A program made the translations under genes and the position numbers. A model generated the notes under the pieces. It was given only the letters and a program-made list of their open reading frames with translations. It did no database searches and was not told the DNA's origin. A DNA stretch of 64,000 bases from NCBI GenBank assembly GCA_013239625.1, contig MU054323.1, forward strand, positions 2,170,001 through 2,234,000, in the 5' to 3' direction. Shown one piece after another: positions 52,733-64,000 of this stretch. The first letter of the stretch is position 1. Every line of letters begins with the position of its first letter. The DNA is from Lama guanicoe. Lineage: Eukaryota.

Positions 52733-53940
52733 AATATATATGGTGACAACATGATGGTTTGATAAACATAGCCATAGTGAAATGATTACTACAGTCAAGC
52801 TATTTAATACATTTTCTTCTCACACAATTACCATATTGTGTCTAAGTGTGTGTGATCGGAGCACCTGAAATACACTCTCTTACAAATTTTCAGTGTTTAA
52901 TATCATATTATTATCTATAGTCATCATGCTGTACATTAGATCTCTGGACTTATTCATACTACATAACCACAACTTTGTACCCTTTGACCAACATCTCTAT
53001 TTTCCCAGCTTTCTTGACACTGGTAACCACTGTTGTACTCACTGCTTCTATGTATTAAACATTTTTAGATTCCAAATATAAGTAAGATCATGCAGTTGCT
53101 TTTTGTTTGTTTGTTTTTTTCACTTTATGTGTCTGGCTAATTTTATTTTACATACTGTCCTCCAGTTTCATTCATGTTGTTGCAAATAGCAGGATCTCCT
53201 TTTATAAGGCTAAATAATATTCATATATATGTATGTGTATATATATATATATTACAATTTTTTTCTTTTTTCACAGCTTGCTTATTTATTTAAGTTTGTT
53301 TGTTTGTTTATAGTTGAAATATAGTTGACATACATGCTGCAGTTTCTTTATCCACTTATCCTTTGATAGACACTTAGGTTGTTTTCATATCTTAGCAACT
53401 GAGAATGATGCTGCAATGAACATGGGAGCATCTCTTCAAGATATTGATTTAATTTCCTTTGAGTATATATCCAGAAAAGGAATTGCTGGATCATATGGTA
53501 GTTCTATTTTCAGTTTTTTTGAGGAACAGCCATACTGTTAATAGGTGTGCCAGTTTATATTCCCACCAACCGTGTACAAGGTTTCCTTTTCTCTGTTTTC
53601 TCACCAGCACTTATATTTTATTTATTTATTTATTTTTGATAGCAGTCTTCAGCTGTTACGTAACATCTCAACGTGGTTCTGATTTGTACTTCCTAGATAA
53701 CTGATGATATTGTGCACCTTGTCATACACCTGTTGGCCACTTGTATATCTTCTTTGGAAACATATCTATTCAAGTTCATTGCCTATTTTTTAATTGGGTG
53801 GCTTTGTTGCTGTTGAATTGTGTGAGTTCCTTATATATTCTGGATATTAACTCCTTACCAGGCATGTGGTTTGCCAAAAGTTTTCCAAATCCACAGAATA
53901 TGTTTCATTTTTTTTTTATTGTTTCCTCAGCTGTGCAGTG
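52733..53940 (-). mobile_element. L1MA-type (L1MA8/9-like) 3' end
   Basis: acaacatgatggtttgata...gtgaaatgattactacagtcaagct...ctatagtcatcatgctgtacattagatctc...attgctggatcatatggtagttctattttc...tattcccaccaac...tatattctggatattaactcctta. Confidence 0.88.
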
Positions 53941-55717
53941 TAGTCTTTTTATTCCTTATTCTGTCCTCTTTCACAATGCCAAAGGTGTCATGGGGCATAC
54001 AATGCCAACTCAACTTGATGTTAAAAGAAACAACATTGCTCCCCAGTTTCAAAATACTAAGGACGTATATTATAACCTTTGTTAAACAATCATGAACCTA
54101 CACTTCCGTATGCAAATTGGTATTCTAGGCCCAGAAGTTGAGTGATGAGTTCAAGGATGAAAGCCACATCCTTGTCTGTCCAATGGAGTGTCTTATACAC
54201 CAACCCAAGCCCTGACCTGAGAATTATACCACCCTCTTCTGAGTATCCTGCATGTGTTCCGTGTTTCATATTTCACCTGAAACAAAATAAGACAGATGCC
54301 ATCGTGAATATATCAGATCCTTGGAAACAACATTATAGAGTCACTGAAAGGGACTTTAGAAACTATTAAACCAGCCCCCTTCATTTCCTGAAGAGGAATT
54401 GAGGCTCAGACAGGGGCTATAACCAGATTGTGAGCTCTTCAAGACAAAGACTTTCCCTTAGTCTTCTTTGCAGCCCTAACATGTACATAGTGCCTGTCAT
54501 AAAGTGTATGCTTGGCTACATGCACCTTGGTGTGATGTGTGCCTGTTATTTAAGGAAAGTGATGAGATGAATATATACTAGAAGGCCCCACAAAATATAG
54601 TTACAGGAAGAAACTCAATTCTCCAGCAAGCCTTGCTCACCTATGGAATCCTACAAAAGGCACCTAGCATTCCAGTTGGGTTACGAATGCCCAGAAATGC
54701 CCAGCCCCTCTGCCTGGTACTGTTTTAATAAGCCCACAGTGTGTGCTGGGGAAATTTAATGATATTGGCATCTACCTATAGGACCAGGAGGGCTTGTGAA
54801 ATTTTCTGTGTAACAAAGTTGTATTTAACATATTAATATGGATTTGTTTGTTTGTTTGTTTGTTTTTCTAATGGGCCTTCAGAAAAGCCAACATCTTTGG
54901 AAAGACTGTCCAAAGTATAGAAAGCTTTTCTTGCTTTTTCTTGTGAGACATCTGGAATCTAGCTGGAAATTTTGGACCCCTAGGATCTTTTTTTTTTTTT
55001 TCCTTTTGGAGTGAAAGCCAAATTGTAACAATTTGGGATTTCTGGAAATAATATTATTTTACAGTAGGAGTTTTGTGCCCATTTCATACTGTAATTTCAA
55101 ATTCTCTTTTCACACTCAAGGGTACAGTGATGAATGGTACCAGCTGTGTAATTGTAGTTTTGGAGTTCCTCAGTAGACAGCAGTGTAATAACATGAAGCC
55201 TCAGTGCTAATGGTGGTCACGAAGCCTTGGCAACGTTCAGTGCCTGCATGTGCTTTAGTTCATTACAGTATTGCAGCACCCCTGGGCTGCGTGCAAACTC
55301 CCTGTTTCAAGACAGAAGGTTGATAAGGTTCCCCTCCTGTGTGACACAAAGATCTAGGCTGAGAGGTTCACACAGTTTGAGGAATTGCTCAGTCTTCCAC
55401 CACTGTAGACAGTGGTTGGCCTGACTATTTCTGCATGGAGAATCGTATCCTTCCACACTCGGTCGATCCTTTCCTGCTTCCTTCTGAGTAGAATATGTTT
55501 AATAAGGATTTGATTTGAGAAGAAGAGCTGCTCTAGTTGAAGGGCTTTCAGATAAGTTGTTGCCAAGACTTTTTCTTGAAAATGGCCCTACTGAGATGCT
55601 TTCCGCAGCTTAGGAATCGGCACACAAGCTGCTGGCACACACCTGCATATTAGAAACAGCTGGGGTGGCAGCAGGGGGGTGACATAGAAATATGCAAGTC
55701 CCCATCCTGGATCCTTA

Positions 55718-55915
55718 CCAGAGGTAGCCAATTGGCAGCCTCTTGGCTGGACCTGGCCTCAGAGTGTTTAGTTTGGCACTCACAACATTGGCCCACACAG
55801 TGTTTTATGTTTGAATTATTTAATAACAAAAAAAGGGGGAGGAATTTCACATAAATCTTTAAATATCCAAACTCCCTTGAAAAACACTTGGGCAACACTT
55901 GGCTCTGATCCCCCA
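55718..55915 (+). mobile_element. hAT-Charlie MITE relic (MER102-like)
   Basis: ccagaggtagccaattggcagcc...ctggcctcagagtgtttagtttggc...ggcccacacagtgtttt. Confidence 0.5.
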
Positions 55916-56387
55916 TATCTGCAAAAAGGCTATAAAAGAGAAGTCTCTGCCCTCTTTCAGAGAAGTTCAGTGACTCCCAGTTTTCCATAATCCCCTACAC
56001 TCCCTATTTTCCCCCCAGCTGACATCTTACCACCTGTTCCCAGATAACATTTTATATGCCAGTTTCACTCATTTATGTTCCCTTCAAGGGCCCTATAAGC
56101 ACTTGAGTTTCTTAAATGGGACCATACCTTGTGACCCTCTTTGTAGGGACTAGAGCTGAAAGGGTCTTCCTAAGGGAAAAGGTAGGTGATCTTTCTCTTC
56201 TAGGTTCAGGTGACTTTGGGAATCACCTGATTAAATGTCACAGTCATAACTTATCTCAGCGAAGAGCTTTGTGTTTAAATTTTTCAGCAACATTATAGGC
56301 TGTCAGGAAAAATAATGATGACTCAAATCTCTGTTTTATCCTTGATTAATGTATTCATTAACTCATTCAACAAGTATTCATTGCATG

Positions 56388-58135
56388 TAACTTAAGATTT
56401 TTCAACATCTAGGTCAAGAAGTAGAACTTTGCCAGCCACTTCAGAAGTCTTTCTTGGCTGTATCCCAATTTGAAATTCTTCTCTTCCTCCCTCAACAAAG
56501 TAAATGCAAATTTGACTTTTACAGTAATCCTTTTTTTTTTTTTGGCATCATCTTATAGTTCATCACTCACACATGTATCTATAGGCATTGTATTTGGTCT
56601 TTTCCTTTAAAAGGTTTTGTTATGTCTTTTAAGTGTATTTCAGTCTACATGGTCTCCCTCCAACACATTATTCTCCCAGTTTATCTTCTGATAAACCTGA
56701 AGCATTTGACCTTTATCCTCTCCCATAGTCTGGATTTTTGCCATTGCACAGCCATGGTGCAGTTTAGCTTGTTCCTCTGTCCTCTATTTTCCTGCAGATT
56801 GATTCCTGAATTCAAAGACTTATTCAGACTTTATTTCATCTCTGTGCTTTTTTATCTGATTTCTTTATGCTTGTGTTCTGCATATTTTGATTTTGTGTGT
56901 GTGTGATTTTTTAATCAGGAGGCATTTAATGTCTGGTTTCTCTCTTTATGAGATATAAGCAGCTGTTGATGCTTGTATTTGCTTCTCTTGCTGCATAACA
57001 AATTACCATAAACTTAGTAACTTAAAACAATGCCCATCTATTAGCTCACAGCTCTGTAGGTCAGAAGTCTGGAACACTGTGAGTGGGTTCCTGGCTCTGA
57101 ATATCACAAGACTGAAACCAAGGTGTCTGCTAAGGTGAGTTCTCATCTGGAAGCTCTAGGAAAGAATTAATTTTCAAGGCCATTCAAGTGATTGGTTGAA
57201 TTCAGTTCTTTGTGTTTGTAGGACTGAGGTCTCTGACTTCTTGCTGGCTGTTGGCCAGAGATTGCTCTTGGTTCCTAGAGTTCACTCTGAGGTCCTTCCA
57301 TGTGGCCCTAACCTTCTCAGCATAAGGAACCTCCCTTGTGTTGAATCCCTCTCGTGTTTCAAATCTCTGACTTCCTCTTCTGACACTGATGAAGAAAACT
57401 CTTTCCTTTTAAAGAATCTTTTCATTAGGTTAGGAACAGTTAGATAACCTCCGTATTTTATGGCCGACTGATTCGTAAGCTGAATTGCATCTGTAATGTC
57501 TCTTTTGCCAGGCAGGGTAACAAAATGAGACTTCTGGTTTCCAGTTCTGCATATAAGACGCCTGGAACTTGCTACCCTGTCTTAACAACATATAAAAGTT
57601 AAAAACACTAAAATACCAACTACTCTCCTTGGGCTTGCAAGAGAAGGGAAACCAAACGCAATTCCTAGTTCTACTTACTTATTGGGGATTAGAAAATAAT
57701 GATCTCCTAATTCTATAATTTCTCTTTTACTTGTTACTTGGGATACACTTAAAAATAGGTATGTCCCCTCAACTACTAGTTAGTTACTTAGTTGTATAAT
57801 TAATACAGGAAACACAGAATAAATGCCTTTTTAAAGATGATCCTTTCTCTTTATTTACCAGCTTTCAAGATAAGTTGACTCCATAAAATCCTCTGAAGGT
57901 GAACAATTAGTTTTTTTTTTTAAATACTATTACTACCTTTTACGATTTAAGCATATTTGATCTATTTCTATTAGGCATAGTTATACACTTTGAAGCTCAG
58001 ATTGTTCCATATTTGACCCAGCAGGAGTTTCTTCAAGTTTGCTCCCAGCTACTATTGATGTACCCTACAGTCTTTAATTGCTTCCTTTCCGTGTGTCATG
58101 ACATGATGTTTGAGGCTTAACTTGTTCATTTCTTC
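56388..58135 (-). mobile_element. Old L1MC-type 3' region, interrupted by an MLT1 and a short L1 5' fragment
   Basis: ggtcaagaagtagaactttgccagcc; cccatagtctggatttttgccattgca; after the interruption ttgaagctcagattgttccatatttgacc. Confidence 0.6.
56975..57522 (-). mobile_element. MLT1E/F-like LTR
   Basis: tgtatttgcttctcttgctgcataacaaattaccataaacttagtaacttaaaacaa...ctcacagctctgtaggtcagaagtc...ttgcatctgtaatgtctcttttgcca. Confidence 0.8.
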
Positions 58136-58659
58136 TTAAGAGTTATGTGAAGAGTTATTTTTAATATCAAAGTATTTTGCATATGTATATTTAAGAGCAC
58201 TTACACTTCTGGATCTCTTGACTGGGCTGCATGCTAATAAAAGATTATGCTATGATCTTGTGAATCATTTTAAATGGGTCTTTCAAAGTTTTTAAACACA
58301 GTTACATCTGCATATTTAAAAATAGTTCTAATAAATACATATTATTTATGTATAAATACATAAACTACATTTTACTTATGCTGTCAACAGACAGTGACTG
58401 ATGTATATTTACATTTGCAGTCTATAGGTTATAAACACTGAGCTACAAAGAGACCATCTCCCAGATCATTCAATTCCTATACCACTGAGTGAAATATAAA
58501 TGAAAGAAACATAAGTTGGAAACAGTGGCTTGCTATTGCTTATTCAGTTATTTCTTAACACTTTCCTCATCTGGGTCTTACAAGGTGAGGTTAGTGGACC
58601 TCTCACTGGGTGACAGATTATGAAACTGGAATATGTACAGTATTTTAAGTAACACTTTC

Positions 58660-59200
58660 TTATGATTAAATAATTAATCCATGGATATATTTTTTAGAAA
58701 ACTTAGAAGAAAAATCGTCCACAAATCTATATAATCTGTACCACCTGAAAACAACCGCATTGTCAATAATTTGACATACTTTCTTCCATTATTGGGGTTA
58801 TGTGTGTGTATGCACATATGTTTGCATGTGCTATAAATTGCATCATTACATGTTTATAATTTTACAATTTATTTTTAACTTAATATGAATATTTCCCATG
58901 GTCATGCCATTTAGCATTGATTAAAAACATGAACAATTAAATAGTCTAATACAGCAGTATGTAGATGTACTATTGTCCTACTATTGAGCATTAAGTCTGA
59001 GTCTAGTTGGTTGACTATTTAAGTAACACTGAATGAATATGTCTGTGAAAAATATTTTGCCTAACTCTCCGATTGTTTTCTTAGAATAGATTCCCATATG
59101 TAAGTGTATGGATCAATGGTATGAAAAATTTCATTGCTCTTTGTACAAATTGCCTTTTTAGAAGGTTTATTCTAAAAGTATATTTATCCCCACCAATGGT
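58660..59200 (-). mobile_element. Degenerate L1ME-type 3' fragment
   Basis: gaatatttcccatg...ttttcttagaatagattccc...ggatcaatggtatgaaaaattt...cccaccaatggtata. Confidence 0.5.
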
Positions 59201-62200
59201 ATATAAAAACATAGTATATAAATGCTTTTATATTTTGCTAATATTTATTGGATGTTTTTAAGTTCATAGAACACCCTCTCATATCTTATCTCACTCCTCC
59301 ATGAACAACAATGAAGTTTAATATTATCTCCACTTTATATAAAAGGAATATAAAGCACAAGGAAATTAAATAATTTGCCCAAGGCTTTTGCCAGGAGGTA
59401 ACATGGCAGAAACTGGCTCTTGAAGATGTCATTTCCCCTAAGCCACACAAAAGAGATTTTATTAGAGATCTGGGTCTCTCTCTGTCTCTCCCTCTGTCCC
59501 TCTCTCGTTCATCTCTGTCTACTTTAGATTTATTAATTCACATTGCTACACTATGACTGATACTGTCAACTGAGTTGTGTCATAAAAAAATCTCTGTGTG
59601 TGTGTGTGTGTTAGAGTGAGTGTCTATGTTTCGTTTAGAAGGTCAGTTTTAAGAGTGAAATCTTAAAACTCAAACTATTTATGTTTGTTTTAAAGCATTG
59701 CTGGTCTAGAATCATTAGGGTGTTTCCTTCTAGTTGCCATTAGTCTGATTATTATTTATTCAGACTTTTCCAAAAATTGACTCATGTACACCCTTCTCTC
59801 TCCTTCCTCACTACCCACCCCTCAACTAGTCTTGCATGAGGGATAAATCACTTTATTTATTGGCAATTGTCTGATGAGGGGGAATTAAGCACAACATTGA
59901 GATTCACTCTGTTTAAAATTAGCTGGCTCTGATTCTTACTGTTTCGTTGCACCAAATGGTTATGTTTTGTCACCTAGACAGTGCCAGAAGTACCTGTGCA
60001 GGCTCTACTGTAGAAGCTGAGGAAAATGACAGGGGCAAGGAGAGCCCAGTTTCATTATGCTTGGGGCTTTATTATTCAATCAAGCTGACTAGTTTCCCTT
60101 TGTATAAAACAAACACCCACAAACATATTTAAATGGTTGTATCTTCTCTTCTAATTGCATAGACATGCCTAAGCAGGAGCAGAAGTCAGAGGAAAGACCT
60201 TGAGATGCTTATTTCCTGAAAAGGAATCGGTGTAGATTTGGCCCCTTAGCCCCGGGGTAATTGGGATGTGATTTACTCTTGGACGTGAAGGACAAAAGGG
60301 AGGAATTCAGAAATCTTAAAATGGAAAGGTTGGGTGTTACTCAGCCTCTGATGACTGCCTTCAGAGTCAACAAAGTCAAACAGCTGGAGTTGAGAGAAGT
60401 CATATTTGTCGTGGGGAGAGATCAGACTACCCTTGACTGTCCCTTTAATTCTTACTTTAGCTGCTTTATTTTATTTTAACTTTACTATTACAAAGAACAC
60501 CTATTTTAATGAATGTTAATCCTTTAAGCATTTGCAAATGCCTTTCTGAGAATCTCTTTTCTAGTGGGAGTGGGAGTGGGTGGGGTGGGCTGAGAAGCCT
60601 GTCTCTGCCTAGTCTCTTTTCTTAACAAACATTTGGATTCCATTTTATTTTTTGGACCCTAAATTCCTAATTTGAGAGACTATCTTATTTTTTGGTATGC
60701 GCTTTTGATTGCAAAAACGTAGCTTAGTCCAATATTTCCCACCCTAAATCAAATTTTTGAGAACCATAAATAGGCCATTAAAACTTTATACTTTTCCAGT
60801 GAGATTAGGAGGGGAATGTTCCAGTAGGTTCACACCATTGTTTTAATGTCTCTGAGTGATCATAAGAATAAGCCAAAAATCACACAATCAACCTCTAATA
60901 TGAACAAGATCTAGAATAAGAAAGAAAGCAGTTTAAAACTGATGCACAGTTCTTTTATAAATAATTGCATTATCTTCCCCAGGAGTGCCATGCATAGGGT
61001 AATACTATTATTTCTCATACTTCTTTCCATAGTTGTTATTGGTCTTCCTTGCCACTGCTTCAGCTGTGAAATGTGTAGGTTATTCCCTCAGATAGCCAGC
61101 AGTCCTTCTGGTCCATACATTTGGCTACTTGAATAGCTACAGATAATAAATTTTAGCATTGAGGAACTAGTTGAAATGTACAGCAGCTACTTGGTTTCAT
61201 AAGCATAGTTATGTTAGGTATAGTTCAAAGATGATTACTTGATTAATATTTATTTGCCAGATATGATGAGACTAGAATTGTAGTAAAGGTAAATTAAATA
61301 TTTTTCCTGGATAAATCTATATGGGAGGGAAAAAATCAGTTTTTTAATGTGTAAGGGTCACTTATTCTTGGGAAGAGTTAATTGTGTTAAGAAGTAAAGA
61401 GCAGAGTAGATCATTTTGTAATCCATCTCAGCAAGAAAGAAGGTCAGATGAGGGGGAGAATATTTAGTAGCGTACATAAAGGAGAGTCCCAGATTCAAAG
61501 ATCAGAAGTGGCGCTGCACAGCCCCTATTTACCTGGTAAAGGACGAAAGCCTATTCCCTTTTTAAACTTTGATATTGTAAAGAGATGTTACTGAGGTTGC
61601 TAAAGTTCATGTCTGACAAAATATCTTGATATTCTGAAGCAGTATGTCACTGAGCTTCAAAGGGACAGAAATCTAGGTGGGATACACATGGCTTAGGGAG
61701 GTTTGTGTGTGGTTATATGTGTTTCTCTGTGTGTTTCTGGTTAGAGAAGATCAGGCTGAACGATGCTGGGTCATATTCCATAGTAAACTGTCAACCCAGG
61801 GGATTTTTAATCTTTATGCCTGGAATCGAAGCAATCTTGGCTGACATATACTAAAAGAGGGATGATTAACAGAATTGGAACTAATTTTAAGGACATGACT
61901 ATCTTTTCAAACAAACAAACAAAAAGTCTGCATGTGGTATTATTGGCAAATCGCTTGCGTGATGAGTCTTAACAGAGTTCTTTCCACATGGGTTACCTGA
62001 ATAAATGAAGCAATGAGGAGAGAGAACTAGTTTGTACTGAGCAGTTACTGTATATGAGAATATATTCTAGCATAGCAAAAAATTGTACATTATGACACTG
62101 GTGTAAAAACAGATCAGTTGGTTAGAATATAAAATAAAATTAACTTGGTATGGGTCAAATAAACACTCCACACGAGGAGAACATAAGGATTATTCATGAA

Positions 62201-62239
62201 ATGGTGCTCTGAGACGATAGCAATTTAGAAAATGAAAAG

Positions 62240-63832
62240 TTACATTACGGTTTTGAGGGTTGAAGATCAAGGATTGAACACTTTTCTTCCACTCTTTCTT
62301 GAAAGCCCAGTAAAAGATTGTCTAAACATAAATATACAAAAGCACAGAGAAATTGAGAAATGGTAATAGCAACAAGATGGGTGCTAAACCACTTAGCTGA
62401 CCTTAAAAAAAAAAATCAAACTGAATTCTAAGGCAGCAGTGGAGAGAGCTGAGCAGCTCCTCAGTCTGCACCTCTGATCTCCCAAGAGGCTCAGAAATTG
62501 TCAGCACCAGGTACCTGTAGAAGCGGGGAGAATAAAGTGTATGGAGAAGTTGTTGAAAACAGGAGGTTGGATTAAACTCTGCTTTAAGATGCGGTTAAGC
62601 CACTAGATTGCCTCCCTCCACTACTTAGGTGGAAGACTTCTGTCTCACCCTGGCAGAGGAGAAAGTTTATTCTCTGGAGAGCTTGTGTGTTTCTGGACTG
62701 GGAATGTTTGGTGAATTTGAAGGAAGGACAATCTTACTGCAAATAGAGGGATTCCATAAAAGTTTGTGCATGGAATGTTGGATGCCCTGTACCACTCTTT
62801 TCCCACTTTACTCTCAGAACACTAGGAAACTGGCTCATATTTTCTTAAAAGACTAGACAATGAGTCTGTACAGAATTCAAATGGTCAACAAGAAAAGACA
62901 TAAAGACACACATCAGTATTTTCTTCAATGATATAGCCCAGTCATACCACTCCTTAAAGTGAAGCCCAAAGTTAACAAGCAAACCCTGTGCTCCGCAGTT
63001 CCCATCAACCTGCAGAGATCCACTGTTAAACCTAAGCGGACAGCCAAAGATTCCCAAGTATTTGAGCAAAGCTCCTAATTGAAAAGATAGAGACTAGAAG
63101 AAATAAATAGAAAGCATCAACATGGATGGAACAGATTATTCAGGGATATAAACAATATTAAAAATATCATCATATTCCAAATAGCTGGGTAGAGTTTGTG
63201 TTGATGAAATAAGAACAGTATGCCACAAAAAGAGAAAGGTCTTGCAAATTAAAACTATAAAATATGATAAAATGATTGGAAGTTTTAGAAGCTAATGGTG
63301 AGGAATTCTCATAGAAAGTAAATTAAATAAAGATAGGAAATAGGAAAGAAAAAATAAGAATATTAGAAGAGCATCTCATGAGGATAAATATCGAAAATTA
63401 TCATTCTAAACAGACGAAACAGAGAAAATGGTAGAGAAAATCATCAAGAAATAATGTTATATAATTAAAAGTTATAGTAAGTACCCAGAAAAACGAATCA
63501 AAATAGAACCATACCCTATCAATTCAAAATGTCAGTGGCCAAGAGAAGATCTTGACACTCTGAGAGAGAGAAAAAAAAATTAGATGAGCAAAAGATTATG
63601 AATAGAATGGCTTTGGACTCTGTAGAAATAGCAATACCTTCAAAAATTTTATGGAAAAGGCCTTCAGATTTTTCAGGGAAAATGTTTTCCAACCTAGAAT
63701 TCTGTACTCAGTCGAACTGGCAATTAAATGACAGTAGAATGAAGATATTTTTGGATAGTCAATATTACTAAAAACTTACCTCCTACTCACCGTTTCTCCA
63801 AAAGCTACTTTAGAGTGTGCTCCACAAGAAGG
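62240..63832 (+). mobile_element. Old L1/HAL1-like 5'/ORF1 region
   Basis: ORF1-like remnants: agagaaaatggtagagaaaatcatcaagaaataat, gaatagaatggctttggac, gcaataccttcaaaa, ttccaacctagaattctgtactcag, aaagctactttagagtgtgctccac. Confidence 0.65.
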
Positions 63833-64000
63833 AATATCTTTGATGATGGTGTGGCAGAGATTTTTTTAGTAGTTAGTAAAAATCCCTTACCTCTTCTTTT
63901 TACGTACATGGTTAGACTGTACTTCCCACACTCCACTGCATTTAAATATGGCCTCAGAACTGAGTCCTGTGGATAGAAATGATTGTGCTACTTCCAGGCT

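Noticed and set aside
61959..62000. C/D box snoRNA (GTGATGA...CTGA)
   Set aside because: Only ~42 nt between box ends and no terminal stem.
120..63069. Short ORFs in the six-frame track treated as genes
   Set aside because: They are 60-154 aa, many with non-ATG starts, mostly overlapping repeats or low-complexity DNA. I recognised no domains other than Tigger1 and L1 remnants.
1..64000. CRISPR array, operon or prokaryotic defence system
   Set aside because: The sequence is clearly mammalian, with no regularly spaced direct repeats or gene-dense regions.

Overview
This window is mammalian, AT-rich, CpG-depleted, non-coding (most likely intronic) DNA. A Vic-1-type tRNA-derived SINE and a young L1 3' end point to a camelid genome (inference). 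I found no intact protein-coding gene, RNA gene or CRISPR array, and I cannot name a host gene. Most recognisable content is interspersed repeats: a full-length but dead Tigger1 nested in an L1MA-type 3' end, several MLT1 LTRs, hAT MITEs, old and young L1 fragments, and many MIR and L2 relics. Repeat family names come from recalled consensus sequences and boundaries are approximate. Most ORF-track entries look spurious; the exceptions are the Tigger1 transposase pieces and L1 remnants. The most interesting non-repeat structure is a ~200 bp inverted repeat (37738-37943 / 39036-39237). It encloses a 52-nt exon-like unit whose acceptor AG sits almost on the symmetry axis, with QKI- and RBFOX-type motifs nearby, and its right arm is itself a UG-rich cryptic exon. 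Other points are retrotransposition scars (a probable short 3' transduction, a poly(A)-only insertion, an L1+LTR chimera), a CpG-retaining patch near 35.1 kb and several non-B DNA candidates. None of this establishes a new biological system; the inverted repeat is a testable hypothesis.
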